From Paragordius varius (taxonomy: Eukaryota; Animalia; Nematomorpha): a DNA stretch of 64,000 nucleotides. Within the stretch, counting starts at the first letter, position 1; each line of letters begins with the position of its first letter. This document shows positions 38,064 to 64,000 of this stretch, piece by piece. The notes under the pieces are model-generated. The model saw only the letters and a list, made by a program, of their open reading frames with translations. It made no database searches and was not told the origin of the DNA. The translations under genes were made by a program, and so were the position numbers. The DNA is taken from NCBI GenBank assembly GCA_964247055.1, contig OZ176051.1:13578001-13642000 (forward strand), read 5' to 3'.

Positions 38064-38742
38064 ATGAAAATATTGCACTGTCACTGTTATATTTTTGCGG
38101 CTTTTTTTATACTTTTTAGCCACATAGTTTAACGCACTAAATCATATTATAAGGCCTAAAGGATATATTAAAATTTGTGTTAGTGTTAATAATTACATAT
38201 TAAACATTTAACCACAACGTAATATTTGTCCCTTAATATATTCAAATTAGTCTATTAATGTATATTAAATTGGATCTATTTTACCACAATTTTAGTATTG
38301 ACTTGATACTAAGTGACTGAGAGAAATGAATGCGCTCCCTATCATACTAACAATAACATTATCTACAATAAGTTATCATAAATCGATTTCATGTATTTGA
38401 TATTGAATATATTATTTCACATAATATTATATATATATATAATATATATATATATTGACAATTTTTATTTTTGATTAAGATCATTTTTTTATATCCCTTG
38501 TAGATTATAAATCCAAAAATTGTAGCCTTGTGTGCGATATATTTTGTGAATATGGGAATGCGTTGGATTTTTACGGTTGTCCAACGTGTCAATGTATAAA
38601 TATTTCCATTTCCGAAACAAAACCAAAATCTCGAGATAGAAGGGCCTTCAATCGACCATACGGATACCGAAAAATAAAGAAAATATCCCGAACACGACCA
38701 CCACCTCTAACTCATTTCAGGAGGCAACACTCCTCATATTGA
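38064..38742 (+). CDS. Secreted antistasin-like protein C (P1 Asp, basic tail); exon 1 has a 1-nt frameshift as assembled
   Basis: Exon 2 38504-38742 encodes KSKNCSLVCDIFCEYGNALDFYGCPTCQC followed by an Arg/Lys-rich tail. The upstream ATG at 38064 gives signal-like MKILHCHCYIFAAFFILFSHIV but hits TAA at 38130-38132. Removing one T restores VNA-LNH and a phase-1 donor. Confidence 0.7.
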
Positions 38743-39211
38743 TTAGCTGAACACTATTACATTGATATATATATACCTTTATATTTTTTATATTTAATGG
38801 TTTATGTTCTTTTTCATTGATAGATTGTTGTGTTTATATGCAATATTTTGATTTTTACCCGGATTATTAATTCAAAAATGCATCAGTGTCATACATAAAT
38901 ATATTATTCCAATATTACCACAAAAATGTACCCTATGAATTTTTCCTCATTCTTAGAATAAACATTAATAATCAAACAATTTAGTCTTTGAAGTATTGTT
39001 TTTATTGCAAAAAAAGTTTTTTTCATAAAGTGATCTGTAGAGAGTTAAAGGTGCATTGAACATTTATTTAGGTTTCGATTTAAATATTGGATGTTAATGT
39101 CGAAGTGATACCATTATTTTATACCATGTCATTAGAGTATTGGGCATCCGTAAAGTTCGAAAATGTATCTGTTACTTTCCCAAATAAATTAGGCTTTCCA
39201 TCTATTAGGTC

Positions 39212-39445
39212 TGATATGTGGTTGATATGACACAACATTGCATGATTTTTTTTATCTTACATCATATTATTATTATATTAATCGCTTTTGACGTTTATGT
39301 TCGTGCGTCATTATTCGTAGAATTTTTATATAAATTTTCGTAGAATAAAAGACATATTCTTACAGTTGTGACCACATTCATATAATTATTACTAATAAAA
39401 GTATAAATATCACAACAATTTGATAAATTGACATTATTTTAATTT
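39212..39445 (+). repeat. 5' LTR
   Basis: Begins tgatatgt and aligns with 43137-43398. The 3' boundary is approximate. Confidence 0.8.
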
Positions 39446-42400
39446 GACGAGGGTGGGATAAAATTTCAATTGAAGGATACGATGACACTTGTGATTTTGC
39501 CACCTACATCAGATATGTCATAAGGGTTATGATCTCCTAAAATGTTGATACTAATGGATAATATCAAGGTTCTGTTTTTGGCTGGAGCTGGTCTTAAAAT
39601 AATTAATAAGATCGAAACAATGATATTTGCAGAATCTATTGATGTGATCCTTGGTCCATAATTCATGACATTGGTCTTAAACTTTTCTCATCCGCCAAGT
39701 CTGTCTTCGCTGGAAGGTTTGAGTCTCGTTTACGGAGAAAGGATGAAGAAACTTTACGGAATTTTTGCAAAGAGTCAAAAGTGTGGCGGAAAAAGCTGAA
39801 TTTCAAACAGAGGTGGAGGAGAGAATTAGAGACGGTTTTGTGGCTGGATTAAACTTGCAATCATTGGAAGTGTATCTTTATTCATAATTCCCTGGTGCGA
39901 AGTGTGATGGGAAGGCAGTATCATCAACCAACATTGACGACATGGCCTTGGCTCAAGAAGTTGCAAGGGCCGATATTGCATCCCATGTGTCGTCAAATAT
40001 TATCCTCAAAATTCAAAAGAATTGGTCGAATATAATAATAATAATAAATATTTTAATAATAATAGTAATAATATGGAATATAAAAAAGATGATGGCAATA
40101 AATGGAAGCGGAGATGTGGCAAATGTGGTGTATTTCATATACCAAAACAATGTCCAGCATTCGGAAAAATATGACCCAATTGTAATAAAAAAAATCATTT
40201 TCAGGCAATGTGTCGCCATAAAAAACTTTATAGAGATAATATAAGCGCTAATTATAATAAATGGGGCACACAAGCGAAAATTTGCGCTACGATTAATGGC
40301 CAAGCTTTCAGTATGGTTTTTAATACTGGAGCTGCTGCCTCTTTGATTAATAAAAATGTCTGGAAGACGGTGGGAGCACCGTTACTAAAATGTGCCAGAT
40401 TAACTTCCTACGGAAACAACCCAATCAAACTCTTGGAAACAGTTGTCAATGTAACAATGGGAAAAATTACTAAGAAATTAAAATGTTTTGTGACGGGAGA
40501 AGAGCTATCCCCGATATTTGGGCTGCCTTGGATCATTGGTGTGGTATGACCTTACCGGATAACGTGAAAGTTAATCAAATAGCTTTTAATAATAATGATG
40601 ATCATAATGATGTATTCAAGCGGTTTCCAAAACTCTTTAACGGGGAATTGGGTTGCAACGGTGATATGTTAAATTGTATGTTCAATCAGATGCGATCCCA
40701 AAAGTCTGCGCTGCACGGCGAATTTCATTGGCACTACAGAGTAAAGTGGGATGGAAGTGCAGAGACTGATGGACCTGGGGATAGCCAGTTAATCCTACAC
40801 AACACCATGTGCAGTGGGCGACTCCCGCGGTTAACGTCGTAAAAACTAATTGAAAAACTAGGGTGTGAGCTGATTTCCGGGTAACAATCAATTCTTTGAT
40901 GGAGAACATATCTCAGATTATCCAGACATTTGACACGATCGCGTCTAAACGTGCGGGATCCACATGGTTCTTGTCCATTGATTTGAAGGACGCTTGATGT
41001 CAAATTCCGGATGAGAAGAGCAAAAAATATTTGGTAATTACTACCCCGATGGGTTTCCAATTTGATCGTCTACGATTTGGATTGAAGGCCCCATGCTTTT
41101 CCAAAGAATAATGGATGACGTACTTAAAGATTGTAGGGGCACAATGGCCTACTTCGACGATGTATTGATTGTTGGTAATACAAAAGATGAACATGATAGA
41201 AACCTTAACGAGAGCCTAGCAAGATTGTGAAATTCGGTTTTACGTTAAGGAAAGATTAACAGAAACTTTATCAGAACAATAATTCTGGGTTTTGAGCTAT
41301 CAAAACAAGGAATTCATCCTGTACAAAATAAAATTAACGATATTACGAAATGTGCGACACCTACCAATAAAACTTAGTTAAGATCATTTTTAGGATTGCT
41401 CAATTTCTACGAACGCTTTATTCCTGGCTTACATGTCAAAATTAGCAATCTACATGAACTAACAGGATCCAAAATGGAGATGGTCACAAGAACATCAAAA
41501 TGAATTTAAGCGAGCAAAAAACTTAATATCAAGAGAATCTTTAGTTGCCACTTATAACATAAATAAAAAATAAGAATACAAAAGGATGCATCTACAAAAG
41601 GCTTTGCTGTACTTCTGCAAATATAGAATGAGAGAATGGTACCAATTGCATTCGCGTTAAGAAAATGCCAGAATGCAGAAAAAAATTATTTTGTGATTGG
41701 ATTGGAAACTAAGGCTTTGCTATTTGGGTTATAAACCATTATTATATATATATGGCCAGAATTGTGAGGTCTGGTCAGATCATAAGCCGTTAGTTCATGT
41801 AAATAGGAATTTAAGTGATATTAAAAACTGTAAATTGTTAAGATGGATCAGCAAGGCCGCCGGGTATGATTTTGATATGAAATATATCGCGGGATCGACA
41901 AACATGACCGATGTGTTTTCATCACGAAAAGAGTCAGACACCATTAGCCAATGATGATGAATATGTGGCCGAACAAATCCGACAAATCGCATTCGTGGAT
42001 TTAAATTTAAATTTAAATAAAACCCAAATAAAAAAAGATTTTTTGGAGGATAAACTGTTTAAACGATTACGTATGACACTTAAAAATAATGATTGGTCAA
42101 CACCGGAATTATGCGCATTCAAAGCCGTGAGAAATCATCTCAAACAAGCTGATGGTTTCTTGTATGTTGGTGATCGGTTAAACCCAACAGCTGCGCGAAA
42201 ACGAATTTCGGCTTGGTTTCATGTTCGACATCCGGAGATCGCTGCTATGAAAAACACAGCGAGGTCGTTGGTGTTTTGGCCCGGAATGGATAAAGACATT
42301 GAAAAGTTAATGCACGACTATCAGTGTTGTCAGAGGAACAGGGCGAACATTGCTGAGAATCCGGTATATAAATGTAACTTCAATGTGGGAATATGGGAAA

Positions 42401-43136
42401 GACTCCATGTGGACAGCGCGGGCCCCATGTGTGGTAAATATTGGTTGGTTTTAATTGACGCGTTCTCGAGATAGGCGTAGGTGGAGATATTTAGCAGTAT
42501 TACATCTGATGTGATTTTGAAACAATTGGAGAAATGGTTTGCCTCTTACGGTTTTCCAAGAGTGTTAGTTTCTGATAATGCTACTTATTTTAAAGTTCAG
42601 TTTTTGTGAGAAAAGATGACAAACTGGAACATTAATCATGTGACGTTTGCTCCCTATCACCCAAGGACGAATGGTTTGGTGGAAAGAGTGATTTACACGT
42701 TAAAATTAAGATTTCGTGCTACAATGATGAGTAGCATAAAGAGTGAGACCTTAAATAATGTAATATTGGCCTATCAAAACTCGTGGCATAATGAAATAAA
42801 GACAACTCCCGCATCGTTGTTTTTAAAGAGGAACATTAACACACCGTTGAATTGGTTGCAAGATAAAGAAGCGCCGAAAGAAAGTCCACCACCAATACCG
42901 TTAAGAGAGTTCACACTCTCACAACCAATTTTCATAAGAGATAACGAAAGGATGGCGACCGGGAACGGTGGAAGTAAGAACGGGTCCATTGTCGTACGAG
43001 GTAAGTGATGAAGAAGGGAAACAGATGAGGAAACATGCGGATCAACTGAAGTTTGATGGTGGGCAGAGTGAGGCCCCAGGCGTTACCCAGATCGAGTCCG
43101 CAAACCTCCTAGGCGTTTTTTAGAGGAGGAAGAAAA

Positions 43137-43398
43137 TGATATGTAACTGATATAACACAACATTGCATGATTGTCTTTTTATCTTACATCATATTATTAT
43201 TATATTAATCGCTTTTGGCGTTTATGTTGCGTCATTATTCGTGGAATTCTTATATAAATATAGGTAGAATAAAAGACATATTCCTACAATTGTGACGCAC
43301 ATTCATGTTTAAATTATAACTTTTAAAATGTAAGTATGTGTTTGTAAATAAGTATAAATATCACAACAACTTTAATAAATACACATTATCTTAATTTT
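43137..43398 (+). repeat. 3' LTR
   Basis: Follows the polypurine tract directly and aligns with 39212-39445, with substitutions and about 35 bp extra. Confidence 0.8.
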
Positions 43399-46300
43399 AC
43401 TTTATTCCGGTATACTATTTAATAGGTCTATAATAAAAATATACGTTTTACTGAAAACAATCTCATACTTAGATATATCATGATTTCGAATTCAACCTCA
43501 AATAATGTATTGCTGGCTGAAAAAAAACTGACAAATAGGAATAATTCAAACATTATTTCTGAATCAGATACTTCACCAGTTTTAAGCCTAATCTAATTTA
43601 TTTTGCAGACTAAACTGTGTATGCTTAAAGTGTTAAATAATAAAAAAATCGCAAAAATAAGAAACTTAATGAGTTTAATACATTACAAAAAAATACCAGG
43701 AAAGGTATATTCTGATATATAAATTTATCAGTATTTATATGGTGCTTTTAATTTTTGCCTTACATGTAAAAGAATATTACCGCACATTTGCTGATAAAAA
43801 TTTGGTACAATAAATGCTTTATCTAAAAACTTATCACTAATTTACTACATATTTAAACAAAACTTTTGTAAATTTAGATGTGGGGTTTAAAAGTCATTTT
43901 CGGACCCGTCTTAAACAATCCAGATTTCTTAAACTAAACGCAAAAATGTGAGGGATTAACATTTTGCAAAATTTTGTCATAAAAAAAATTTCCGCTAATC
44001 GGATATGCATGGCATTTTGCTTGCTGGAAAAGATATATTTAAGATAAAACCACTTGTTGCATAAAATTTGTGAAAAAATTTTACTCATATTTTTGATTAA
44101 AAGATGCGTTTGTCTACAAAATATATGTATAAGTTGATTTCTAACAAATAGTTTAAAAATGAGTCAAACGCATTTTAAAATAAAAAGGATGGAAATGTTC
44201 AGCAATGTAAACATGTTATCAACCATACAACATCGCCTCACCAAAAATTTTTTATAATTAGCGAAATTTGTCATTTTAGGAAAAAAAATTTGTGGTTAAT
44301 TGTATATATATTAAAGTGATAATATTGAAAAGTCTTTAGCTTTCCCAAATTTTCAGCATGCGCTTCTGCCATTTTCTGAAACGGAGCAGTTATCAAAAAA
44401 AGTCATAATATTCCTACATCACTCGAAAGAATAATTAAAAGGACCACATGCATTTTCTTATTATTAGATATAGATATTCCATACGTTGTCATTCATATAT
44501 AGCCCTTTGAACACATGGTAATTTTTGGGGTTCCTTATCAACCAAAAAAACCATTAAATGATATAATAAGGATTTAAAAGATATGTTTGTCTTTATAAAT
44601 GTCTTATACTATTTTTTTAAAGTATTTAAAAGCTATGATCCAAAATAAATTAATTGGTAATCATTTTTTACATGTATTTTCGATTTTCTTAAAAATACCA
44701 ACTATTTTAACAATAATATGATTCATCTGAATTTGGCTTTAAATGCGTTTAGAATTAAAATAATAACTTTTTCAAAATAATGAGGTTTATTAAAATAATA
44801 GTTATTAAAGACACAATATTTTGTATTTTCTGCTTTACGTAAAATTTGGGGTCACATATTTTAATTTATAATCACATTTTCAATATTTGAATTTGTAGTC
44901 ATATTATGCGAAAATCCATTAAATCATGATTCATATGATTTGAGTTAAATTGTTTCTTTAGTATCAGGGAAAAGGGATTTACTCATAAAGGTAAATGAGA
45001 CAGCTTTTCCTAAGAATGCCCCTAGGGCTTAAATTTGCGGAAAAACGCAAGGGTGTCCCGATTATTTATAAAATTATGGGCGTTCGTTCCTATAAGGCTG
45101 TTACATATGCAAATTTTAAATATATATTTTGTATGTATGCTATAGTTTTTTGTGAGATTTGTATGGTCTTATTTTTATATTTTTGTATTATATATCCATA
45201 CTAGAAATTTTATTGTTATCATGCAAATTATGTTCACTTAAAAAAGTATATATAAACTACTAAAAACCGAATAAATATCTTTCATGTTTTACGTTTTATA
45301 CCTTTGTTACCTTTTAACAAATGCCAATATATTTGGCCTTGAGAGTGTATACCACTGAAGTTAAAAAGCGATTAAATTTTATATGATGAAACTTGTATAT
45401 TTTAAGAATTGTAAAGCGTTATTTGAAATAAAAAGTTGCTTAGATTACATTAAGAATTGTATAATTAATAGCTAATGAAAATTTAATTAGCAACTGCTTC
45501 GATTACTTGAGTTTGGGAATCGCCAAAAACACTACGAAATTATTAAAGTTTATAGATCAATATCAATAAAGTGAATGATTTATTTAATTTAAAAGTAAAA
45601 TATCAATCAAATTAGAATGATACGCTTCCGAAATATTTCGAGGACACGGTCCAACATTATATTATATCAATAAATGCCCATATCACGCGTCTCTATGACT
45701 CAGTAGACAATAACATTGGTAAATCGGTAATAATTTTTGTTACAAACAAAGTAAGTTTTACCCATAGATACAAATTTTTCGATTTTGAACATTGGATGCG
45801 GCCTTGACCATATACTTGTTTAAAAAAAGTTTAACCATATTAGAACTTAATTGTGAAAAAGTCCATATGGTTTCAAATTTCTGAGATATACTTTTAAATG
45901 AACTTTTTTTATATAGGTTTATTTACTCTAAGGCTTTTTAAAAAAGCAATTGACTTAAGCCTTGAAATAAAAATTATTATTGAATTTATGGGGTGTCATG
46001 GGTTTTACTATAACTTTTCATACATTGGTGAAGCTCTATCTAGCGGCAAATATAAAAAAAGCGTTTGAAATAAACTCATCATTTTGGGTGGCAAAATACA
46101 ACGGAGATTCAAATTATTAACAAACCAAAATAAAATATTAAAAGTTAAAAAAAAACAAATTTTTGCCTTTAATATTTCAATTTTTAATTTAGTTTTTCTA
46201 ACAATATTAATCCTAATAGTTTTTGCTCAAACTCCCGTTTTCTTAAGTCTATTAGCCCTTAAATTTAAATAAAAATAATAAGCAATAACTTTTCAATAAA

Positions 46301-46881
46301 ATTTTATCTTAAATAAAAATTGTTTATAATAGTAGATAAGACGTTTAATAATATCTAATCATTCATTTTTCTGTGAGCCATATAAATATATGATTAATTT
46401 TAAAGCCAACATATATATATATATATATATAACATACCATCCTTATAAATAGTACAATTATCTATTATAGGCTTAATAAGTGTATTCCAAATTTATAATT
46501 CCTTAAGGGGTTTTTTAAAACTTATATAATAGCGAATCCAAATTGATTATTAATGATTTTGTAATAATTTTTGGGTAGTTTACAATGCAAAAATATCCAA
46601 TTTCAATATCCGTATTCATCGGACTGATCCTGATAGTGAACGGCATGCAAATTGACTCAGGTAAAAATTTGGTTTTGAAAAATATTTTAAAATAGGCATA
46701 CATTACTATTTTTTAACAGAAAACATTTAAATTGTGAAAAAAAAAATAAATTATAATTATAGTTAATTCTTGATCTTTTTTATACAAATCAAATCACAAC
46801 AATATGTAAATGACTTTACTATATTGCTCTATTTTATTTTGATACCTAAAACAATTCCCAATAATAAATCAAGTAAAAAAT

Positions 46882-47410
46882 ATGGTGTTCATCATAAATA
46901 TTATCTTTTTATATGTAGGTTTTGTGCAATAATTTGGATATACGATTTTCAATCAAAATTAACTTTTTTCAAGCAAACGTAACATTTCATTCAACCGCAA
47001 CCTTTTTAGCTCCGTTGAAGTTGCATTTGTTTAATCAAAAGTTGCGTTCGGATGAAAAAGGTTGCATTTGCTTGAATATGTAGCGTTTGCTTGAAAAATG
47101 TTGTTTTGTCAGAAAATGGTATATTTAATAGAGAGAATATTCAATTCGATAAACTAATAGCTTTAATCATAATCTCTACCTAAATATTTACCTTATTAAA
47201 ACTTTACTTAACGCAAAATATGTTTGGCAAATGATTTTTAAGATTGGTATAAAAATTATTTATTTAGTTCCCACAATGGCATCCCCAAGTATGGCAATGG
47301 GATCTGCTGCTAACCCTAACATGTGTCCTCAAATTATGTGTATGATGTTTTGTGAGAAAGGTTTTCAAAAGGATGCCAACAACTGTACCATCTGTAAATG
47401 TAATGAATAG
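46882..47410 (+). CDS. Small secreted antistasin/guamerin-like inhibitor D (P1 Met)
   Basis: Exon 47268-47410 encodes PTMASPSMAMGSAANPNMCPQIMCMMFCEKGFQKDANNCTICKCNE* (six Cys, antistasin-like spacing), followed by AATAAA signals. Candidate exon 1 at 46882-46918 (MVFIINIIFLYV) gives an in-phase signal peptide. Exon 1 is less certain than exon 2. Confidence 0.8.
46943..47119. mobile_element. Short decayed CCATTT-family MITE in the putative intron of gene D
   Basis: ta|cgatttt...aaatgg|ta ends, and about 21-bp periodic gttgcatttgcttgaa-like units present in inverted form at the left end. Confidence 0.6.
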
Positions 47411-48000
47411 CTTAACATTTTACTTAATTAATTCATCTTTATCATTAAATAAATAAATAAATTAGTTATTTTAAATGTTATTGATTTCAATATTGCAATG
47501 AAGACAACTCATAGACATAAAATTGGTTTTCAATAAAAGTTAAGCTAATGGGATAAATAGAATAAAGGTAAGTTTTATAATTAAATGGGAATATTGCAAT
47601 ATTTAACCAATTTTTATAGTCGATTGAGCAAGTGACGCGAGAGTAATGTAAACGATGTGGAGATTGCGCTATAATTTCTTATTGCCTTGTCATTTTAGCT
47701 TATGGTTGGTTTATTAGGTTTGCATCAACGGAAAACAATATGTGAAAATTATTTAATCCAACCTTTCCAATTTTAAAATGATCATCAAATAGCGCAAAAA
47801 ATGGCGGGTTTTATAATATATGAATCGAATTTATTTAGAATAATTATTGTTAAGTTGATTGTAAATTAGATAGCAAAATGTCAGACATAAACAAATGGAA
47901 AATTTCTTTTGTGTATGCTGCTAATCAGGCATAAATTTGCGAAAATTTTACAAGTACCAAATCTATCCATCGTCAGTCAAAAAAACATAAATAGGATACG

Positions 48001-48411
48001 AACCTTCGATCGAGCGCTAACACTCAATAGATCACACTAAGGTCGCTGCTCTACTGAGTACATCACGATTGTCGCCTAAGGCCTTAACAAATGATTTTAT
48101 GCCCCTGCCATTAACTAATTGGCCAATTGGACCGATCGACTTCAACATCTAACCAGAACAATCGTTTGCTAGGTCAATCGACTGGGGAGCGCGCCGAGAG
48201 ATCGTTACATATTTAGGTAGGGTCCTGATTAGAGGCGTTCAGTCAAATCCTTCTGATGGTAGTCTCGCATTGTCGGCATTTCAGCAGACGCCTAAACCAA
48301 ATGTCTGAACCTGCGGTTCCTCTCGTAGAGAACGAAATTTCTATAAGAACAATGGTTATCAGTAGGGTAAAACTAACCTTTCAGACGGTCCAAACTCAGC
48401 TCACATTCCCT
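48001..48411 (-). pseudogene. Dispersed 3'-terminal fragment of 28S rRNA
   Basis: The plus strand carries antisense 28S landmarks in the right order: ttagaggcgttcagtc, aaatgtctgaacctgcggttcctctcgta, cagtagggtaaaactaacct, cagctcacattccct. The sarcin-ricin loop lacks AG. No other rDNA flanks it. Confidence 0.88.
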
Positions 48412-49588
48412 AAACGCGATATATTGGGGAACGTCTAAATATAGCAAATATATAATAATTATTAAAAAGTAAAATCTTTTGCGGCACAATAACAAGTCAA
48501 TGTGATCGAATTTGTGGCCAAAATGCGCGCATTGCTTCCTTCAAGTTTTCCAATGACCCTTTTGGCATTTAGGATTATCCATATGGTATTTATCAACAAG
48601 TTTAATATTCAACCGAGTGTGCGACAAGCAGAAAAATTAAAATAAGTCTATACTAACCGCAGATTATCGATAATTATTATTAGATTTATAGCAGAAATAA
48701 GATATATAAATAGGGCATTTTTGATGCGCACTGTGATCTAGTAGGTAAAATTTCAACCCGATATTACGATTATAAAATATGTTTTCTTCAACTCATTTAA
48801 TAGACTATAAAAAAATAATTCATTGTACTAATTAATATAAATTTAGTCAATATTTAGAATTATGTGTGACAATTCATAGCTACTATTTTTAACATGAAAT
48901 ATATAATATATTTATTTAAATCTTGAATATAAAATAAATTAAAAAGCAAAAAACATGAGGGGGAGGGGACATAAAATTAAAAAATTTGCACTATTATTTT
49001 TTGTTAAAAACATGATAGAAATTTACAAAGCTAAAATTACAGCTAATATAATTTTGTGCGCAAAAAACGTAGAAATATCTATCGCGGGCAGTGGATAATA
49101 TTCATATATATATATATATATATATATTTGGTTATTTATCAGAATTGGCTAATCTTTGGATGTTTGATAAGATAAAATTGTTTGAAATGGGTTTTTTGAA
49201 ACAAAGAGATATATACAATTGGATTAAAAGCTGTTATAATTGGCGAAAAATATAAATAAGTTTTAACCAATATATAATTTTAATATTTGCGCATATAAAA
49301 ATTGTATGAACCTCAATTAAAAACTTTATAAATCATTATTAATATGATTTTTTACTGGATTTAGAAAAATTAAAAATTTATGATGAAGACAAACTATTTA
49401 TATTAAGCTACGATACAAAACGTATAAATAAAAACAATTTTTGGTGTGCAAATGATATTTTGTTAATTGCGGACACTTAGTACATTAATTTAAATGTGAG
49501 ATTCGCGTATAAAAATTGCTCCTAAAAATAGGAAATACATATAAAAACTATCGGTCACAAACTAAAACCATATCTTTTCGTGGATTAT

Positions 49589-63859
<14,271 letters not shown>

Positions 63860-64000
63860 CTAAAAAAAGCATTTTTAATATAGTATTAATTTTGTATAAA
63901 TCAAACTTTTAAACAAATAAAAGAATCTGCTATCAATCCCCTATTTTGGTGGTCCTATACAGAGAGTATTTATTCAATTTATAAATAAATTCAAGGCCAG

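Larger units (their letters stand above)
39212..43398 (+). mobile_element. Decayed Ty3/Gypsy LTR retrotransposon (Mag-like)
   Basis: Paired LTRs, PBS-like tttgacgagg (39443-39452) and PPT agaggaggaagaaaa (43122-43136). Gag double knuckle KCGVFHIPKQCPAFGKI*PNCNKKNHFQAMCR, protease FNTGA, RT AYFDD (about 41150), RNase H SDHKPL, integrase H-H-C-C, SDNA and YHPRTNGLVER. Confidence 0.93.

Overview
Very AT-rich, intron-containing metazoan DNA, probably from an invertebrate, with standard-code GT-AG genes set in dense transposon debris. Host genes reconstructed by hand from splice signals and reading phase: (1) a six-exon reprolysin/ADAM(TS)-type M12B domain (minus, 4252-1190) whose zinc motif reads HQLLHNLGVGH, with Gln in place of the catalytic Glu; (2) unidentified minus-strand exons at 10.6-14.0 kb; (3) a dispersed cluster of four small antistasin-like Cys-rich genes (25.3-47.4 kb) with different predicted P1 residues (Arg, Asp, Met, atypical). 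Three carry very basic Arg/Thr/Pro-rich tails, and two are head-to-head with only 23 bp between start codons; (4) a class-2 DYRK kinase (minus, about 63.86-49.59 kb). Mobile DNA: a mariner relic, two non-autonomous Helitrons, at least four TA-embedded CCATTT-ended foldback/MITE elements with different 21-bp subterminal arrays, a 1.27-kb palindromic Tc1/mariner-type foldback, three RTE LINE relics plus another degenerate LINE, a Mag-like Ty3/Gypsy provirus, and a Blackjack-like hAT containing an inverted degenerate copy of its own transposase. A decayed 28S rRNA 3' fragment is also present. All assignments come from manual motif recognition; no database searches were run, and some boundaries are approximate.
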